A stretch of DNA of 64,000 bases from Guillardia theta CCMP2712 (lineage: Eukaryota > Protista > Cryptophyta). A program made the position numbers and the translations under genes. Every line of letters starts with the position of its first letter. The stretch's first letter is position 1. The notes under the pieces are model-generated. The model saw only the letters and a program-made list of their open reading frames with translations, made no database searches and was not told the origin of the DNA. The DNA is taken from NCBI RefSeq assembly GCF_000315625.1, contig NW_005434625.1, positions 265,726-329,725 on the forward strand, read 5' to 3'. Below, in pieces: positions 58,773 through 64,000 of the stretch.

Positions 58773-61700
58773 TTATAAGATGTCGGATGACGGCCTCAAA
58801 GAGCAGGTGCAAGTCAAAGTTACGTGCCGGCGGCGGTCAAACTCCGTCGCATCCGTTGGCAGACCACTTGAGCAGGCAGGCCAGGTCTGCCACCTTGCAG
58901 CAGACCATCGGGGCAGGCGGGCAGGAGCTGCAAGACTCGTCAAAGACCCCATGCTGCCCCTTGACAGGCAGATCGCAAACTTTACCGACAGATGCGCGCA
59001 AAGGGAGTCGGAAGCACTGACTGCTGATCTGCTAGTGCTGCGATGGAGAAGATGCCGCCTCCCTGATGTGGATAAGGATGAGCAACCTCGATCATAGAGG
59101 AAGGAGAGAAGGAGGGAGGACTGGATGGTGAAAGTGGGGAGGGATAGAAGAGTCAAGGGCAGAACAAGTTTCGAGAAGCGGACACAAGGTAACCAGCTGC
59201 TGCAACTCACCTGTGCTGGGCAAGAGGACGGGGAGAACTGGAGGTCCTGGACTTGGATGGAGAAGGTCTCCTCTGACTTGAAGCAAGGCTCTGAGTCACA
59301 GGATTGCACGTCTTCCGTCGCTGCCAGGTCCAGACACTTTCGGAAGCAGACTCCTCCTCTCCTGTCGCTGCAGCCTGCCAACACACCAATCAACTGTTCC
59401 TCCTCATCAGCTCCTCCTCCTTCACCTCGTAGCGTCACTCCCATAGTCGCATTGCTCTCGTTCCACATTGCGTGCCCCGCGAACAGATCCTTCGACAACC
59501 CCTGTGCCACAAACCCAATTAGGTTCCCATCCTGCTGCTCCTGCTCCTTCTCCAACTCTTCCTCCTGCTCCTCCTGTTCCTGCTCCACCTCGTACTTCTT
59601 CTTGTTCTTCCTCTGATGCTGCTGCTGCTCCTGATGCTGCTGCTGCTCCTGGTGTTGCTGCTCACCTGGAGTGCGATGGTCGGCATGGCGCCTGTGAAGC
59701 AAGGGAGATGAAGGAGAAACTGGTACCCCAGCCGCAGAGGCATGAGAGTGGACCAGGAGAAGAAGAGGGAGCCGGTCACGGGGCTCCACATCATGGTGGG
59801 AGAGTTGCCAAAGGATCCGAACGTGTCAAACTCCTGCAAGAAGGTCAGCTCAAGGTAGTTGAGCAACACAAGAGGAGCAGGATGCGGAAGGGTGAAGGGC
59901 TGGGAAGGAGAAGGCAGATAGGATCATGGGAAGAAGGACTGTTGGGTTGAGGTTGAAAGGAAGGACGGAGAATCTTACATCGAATTGGATTTTGTTCGTA
60001 ACTATTCCCGAATGAGAGATCGCCCTGATAGACAGACACCTGGCGATCTGGATGGAAAACGTCACATTTATCCTTCACCTTGACATTATCATCATCATCA
60101 TCGCCATCATCATTATCATCATTGTTCCATCACAACGATCATGATCAAGAAAGAAGCATAGTCATCCTTGTCATCGTGTGTTGTCCATTCTTTCACCTGG
60201 GCATCATCGCACGGCTTGACCCCTCCCATCGGACTTCTGATCCCGTTCACCTTAGAGACGTTGATCTGACAGTAAAGTCAGCGGTCGCAACCCGCAACGT
60301 TTCTAACAACGTCATGGGGTACCTTGATCGTGCTGCTCTCGTACATGTCATCGGCTGACACCACCGTAAGCACCATCCTGCTCTCCTTCAACAGCCAGTT
60401 TGCATTCTCCCACTCGCCAGAGAAGGAGATGTTGGAGGAGTTGGTGTCTGTTGACATGACCAGCCCCCCGTCTTGCCCGTCGAAGTCGGGTAAGGACACG
60501 ATGATCTGGTCACCGACAGACAGCGAGAGGTGGAGGGAGAACTCCACCACAAGCTCTTCCTCCTCGCTCGCACGGGCAGTTGAGAGCAGGAGCCGTGCTG
60601 ACGTCAGGGCCACACAAGATGAGGAGCTTGCCGCTCCTGCCTGCACGGTAGTGCTGTTGGAGCAAGAGGAGCAGCTGGAGGCGTTGGAGGAAGGGTTGAA
60701 GGTACCGAGAGGACACAGGGAGCAGCGAGACGATCCGGCAAGGGAGAAGCTCCCTGCATCGCAAGCGAGACAGTCGCCGAGAGACGAGTAGCTTCCTGCC
60801 GCGCACTTGAAGCATGCTGTCATCCCCGACTGACCGGAGGTACTCCATCCCTCATAGCAGGGGATGCAAGCAGAGGAGGCGTTGCGATCCGAGAAGAAGC
60901 CTGGAAGGCAGGGCTCGCAGGTCGCTGCTCCGCTCTCGTTCTTGAAGTAACCCGGCGAGCATGCGCTGCATGTGCTGGAGCCATCCTGAGAAGAGACGAA
61001 GCCGGGGCCACAGGAGACGCAAGCAGGCGAGAGCATGGAAGAGAAGGTTCCAGCTGGACACAACGAGCACGTCGAGCTGTTCCTTGCGACGCTGAACTGA
61101 CCAAGTGGGCACCTGTTGCAGGGCTCTGCTCCTGTTGGACTCCAGAAGCCTTCAGCACATGCTCGCACGCAGTAGGTCGGGTTGGTCTCTACTGTGTCGA
61201 AGCCTTGAGGGCAAAGCTCGCAGAACGTCTCTCCCCCACCAGAGTACTTCCCCCTCTCACAGCTCACGCAAGGCTCCAACCCCCCGGACGTTGACGAGGC
61301 GCTTCTTGTCCCTGGGCCGCAGGGGCCGTGACAGTCGCTTGACGACTGCGAGCCGGCGGCATAAGTTGACATTCCAGCTGGACACGCCAGGCAGGCCGTG
61401 TTCTCTGTTGAGGCGTACTTGCCCTTGAGGCAGAGAGAGCAGTTTCTAGAGCCGAACGACTCCGAGAAAGTCCCAGCTGGGCATGGGGAGCAGACGTTAC
61501 ACGCGTCCGAGGCGCAGTACTGACCTGGGAGGCAGCAGCGAGCTTGCTGGAGAGTTGAAGAGCCTCGTCAGCACAACAGGGGAGCAAGAAGGATCGAGAG
61601 ACTCCTGACCTGAGAAGCCCCGGCCGAGTCCAGTTGGCCCGAGCTGGGAAACACCTGGCAAGGAGAGCAGGAGGAGGAGCCTGCGAAGGAGAAGGAGGAG

Positions 61701-64000
61701 GGAGCGCAGGCAATGCAAGCCGTGGCATTCGCATGCGAAAAGAACCCTGCTGGACAGGAGGGACAATCCAGCTGCCCAGAGCTGTTGGAATATTTCCCTT
61801 GACGACCCCACAGTGAGATCCCTTAAATTGTGAAGATGGAAAGGAAGGAGAAGAACAAAGGGACAGCAAAGAAGGAAAAGGGAGGGAGAGGAGAGTGCAG
61901 AAGCAGCAGGCGATGTGGTGCTATCTGGAAGCATGGAGGGATGAAGATTGAGCCGAGGAGCGAAAACTTCACCTGCTGTGCACATCAGGCAAGGGCTCTC
62001 AAGACTCGGACGTCCTCCTTCACTGGTCGTGGAGCTGCCAGGGAGGCAGAGCTGGGTAACGAGCTGAAGGCAGAAGACTGTCAGGCGGGCCATGGGTCTT
62101 GTTGGACGTCACCTGAACAAGGGTCTGATGGGGACCAGCTAGCGCAGACAGGATCCTGTAGTGCTGACACTCGTCCTCCCCGAGGAAGGAGCAGGGGTCC
62201 TTGCGCGTCTTGACGAACTGGTTGTCGTAGGAGGAGGGGGCCGGCTGGCGATCAAGCTGCGCGTCGCTATCGGAGCCGAAGAGCCACAGCTCGGACGAGT
62301 CGTAACCTCCCTTGCCCACTAGCACAGCGGTGTGCTGGGACCCTGCTGAAACATCGATTGCCGATTCTCCGCCCAGGACTGAGAGGTCGACCCGGCTCGG
62401 GGCACCGACTTTCTCCTGCGAACCCAGCAGCTGCCCGTGCTGGTTGCTCCCGAAACCGTAGAGGTGTCCGTTGTCACTCAAGAGGAGGGAGAACCAACGC
62501 CCAGCTGCAACCTTGCTGAAGTGAGAGCAGGTCCCTCCTTCGCACCTCACAGCCTCCAAGTTGACCGGGCGAGGAGAGCAGATGACCGAGTCCCTCTGGA
62601 ACCTTCCCTCCTCAATCCCCAGCTGCCCGTACGAGTTGCTGCCGAACGACAGGACAGAATTCTCTTGAGTTAGGAGCAGGGAGTGCCTCCTGCCAGCTGC
62701 CATCCAGCTGACTTTTTGATTCTGCAGGATCACTGTGGGAACGAAGTTCGCTTGCCATGAGCCGGCGTTGGTGCAGTAGCCGAGCTGTCCATGGCGGTTC
62801 AGCCCAACAGAGAGGACGCGATCGCCGTCAGTCCGCAGCAGAAGGTGATGGTCACCAGCCGCTACATCCACCACAACCTCCCCCGGCAGCATCCCCGAGA
62901 TCGGCTGCGGCGTCCAGCTGGGAAACTCCGACCCCACGTTCTCTGACCTGCCGAGCTGGCCGTAGCGGTTGAACCCGAAGGTGTAGACCTGACCCGCCTC
63001 ATTTAGGACGACCGAGATGTACCTGATCAGATCTTAGTCAGAAACACCCTCCGAACCCTCGAAGAGCTGCCACTCTTACCTCCCGGCTATCACCTTCCTT
63101 ATCCTGCTCGTGCCCAGCAGGCTCCTTTGGATCTCCAAGGGCCGAGGATGCGATTCCCGGCGGTCCTCGCAGTCATAAGGCGCCTGGTCGGGGTCATAGC
63201 AGGAGGACTTGAGCGAGGGTTTGAACCCCAGCTGACCGTAGAAGTTGTCCCCGGCAGCCAAGAGGCGGTCATTGACGGTAAGGAAGAGAGAGTGAGAGAA
63301 GCCCGTCGATACAGACAGGACCGACTCCTTGTCAAGCCCAGGGACCCCGTCTGTCAAGAAGTTCGCGGCTTCTTGAGCTAGTGTGAACTCCTTCTCGCCT
63401 CCTGTCCCTAGCTGACCCCACTGGTTGCTCCCAAACCCAAAGATACGATACTTCATCCGTGAGCAGTAACCCGACGAGCTCACTCCAGGATACCTTGTAG
63501 TTGTTCCATTCGGACAGCGATGGCACGAGACAGAGGCCAACTCTTCCTGATAGTATCCTATAGGGCAGGACAAGCAAGTGGTGCTGATGCTTGCATTCTG
63601 GTAGAAACCAGGTTCACAAGTTGTGCAAGAAGACATGTTGGAAGCTGAGAAACTCCCAGCATCGCAGTCGTAGCAGAATGTCTGTCTTGATTCGTTCTGA
63701 TACCTTCCAGCTGGACAAGGTGTGCAAGAGTCCTCCCTTGCGAGGCCATCCGGGCTGTATGTTCCTGGAGAGCAGATGGGGTAACACGTAGTGGCGTTGG
63801 AGGAGACGGTCCCGTACATATACGGGCACTGAGAGCAGACGACAGCCCCGAAGACTTCAGTGAAGGTGTCACGAGGACATACTTGGCAGGGCGACAACCC
63901 TTGATTGCCTACAGTCTGCTTGTTGCCGTGGGTTCCTGGAGGGCAGATCAAGAGGCAGCCAACGTCGAGGGCTTGCAGGTCTCCCGTGGTATTCTTCCCT
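58773..64000 (-). CDS. Large protein with RCC1/BLIP-II repeats interleaved with Cys-rich TNFR/ephrin-receptor-like (GCC2_GCC3) repeats; 5' end outside window
   Basis: FGSNQWGQLG, VSTGFSHSLFL, AAGDHHLLL, FGSNSYGQLG, AGSQHTAV; many CxxCPxGxY/F repeats on both sides. 3' end approximate. Confidence 0.8.

Overview
Gene-dense eukaryotic nuclear DNA. It has many short (~45-60 nt) GT-AG introns and GA/CT microsatellite-rich introns; this style suggests a flagellated alga such as a cryptophyte (inference). I see no rRNA, tRNA, CRISPR or transposase. Genes recognisable from motifs, left to right: Sfi1-like centrin-binding repeat protein (with a 693-bp tandem duplication and a frame break), mitochondrial-type tRNA 2-thiouridylase (MnmA/TRMU), CE4/NodB polysaccharide deacetylase, IQ-motif protein, DUF4203/TMEM198-like membrane protein, Noc1/Mak21/CEBPZ, a short VPS13B-like lipid-transfer protein, tectonic, an acylated discoidin-FN3-DUF4062-NACHT-WD40 STAND protein (frameshift inside Walker A), a divergent protein kinase, a SPRY/coiled-coil protein, a GT41 OGT-like glycosyltransferase, DNA ligase IV, and a partial RCC1 plus Cys-rich repeat protein. 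The most unusual structural pattern occurs twice: an inverted pair of small (115-116 aa) intronless orphan genes brackets one larger gene (the IQ gene; LIG4). Other notable items are an SH3-like domain inserted in Noc1, a triplicated intron+microexon unit, an 18-bp overlap between convergent CDSs, and two distinct classes of intergenic motif islands. Exon structures were inferred by eye, so gene ends are approximate where stated.
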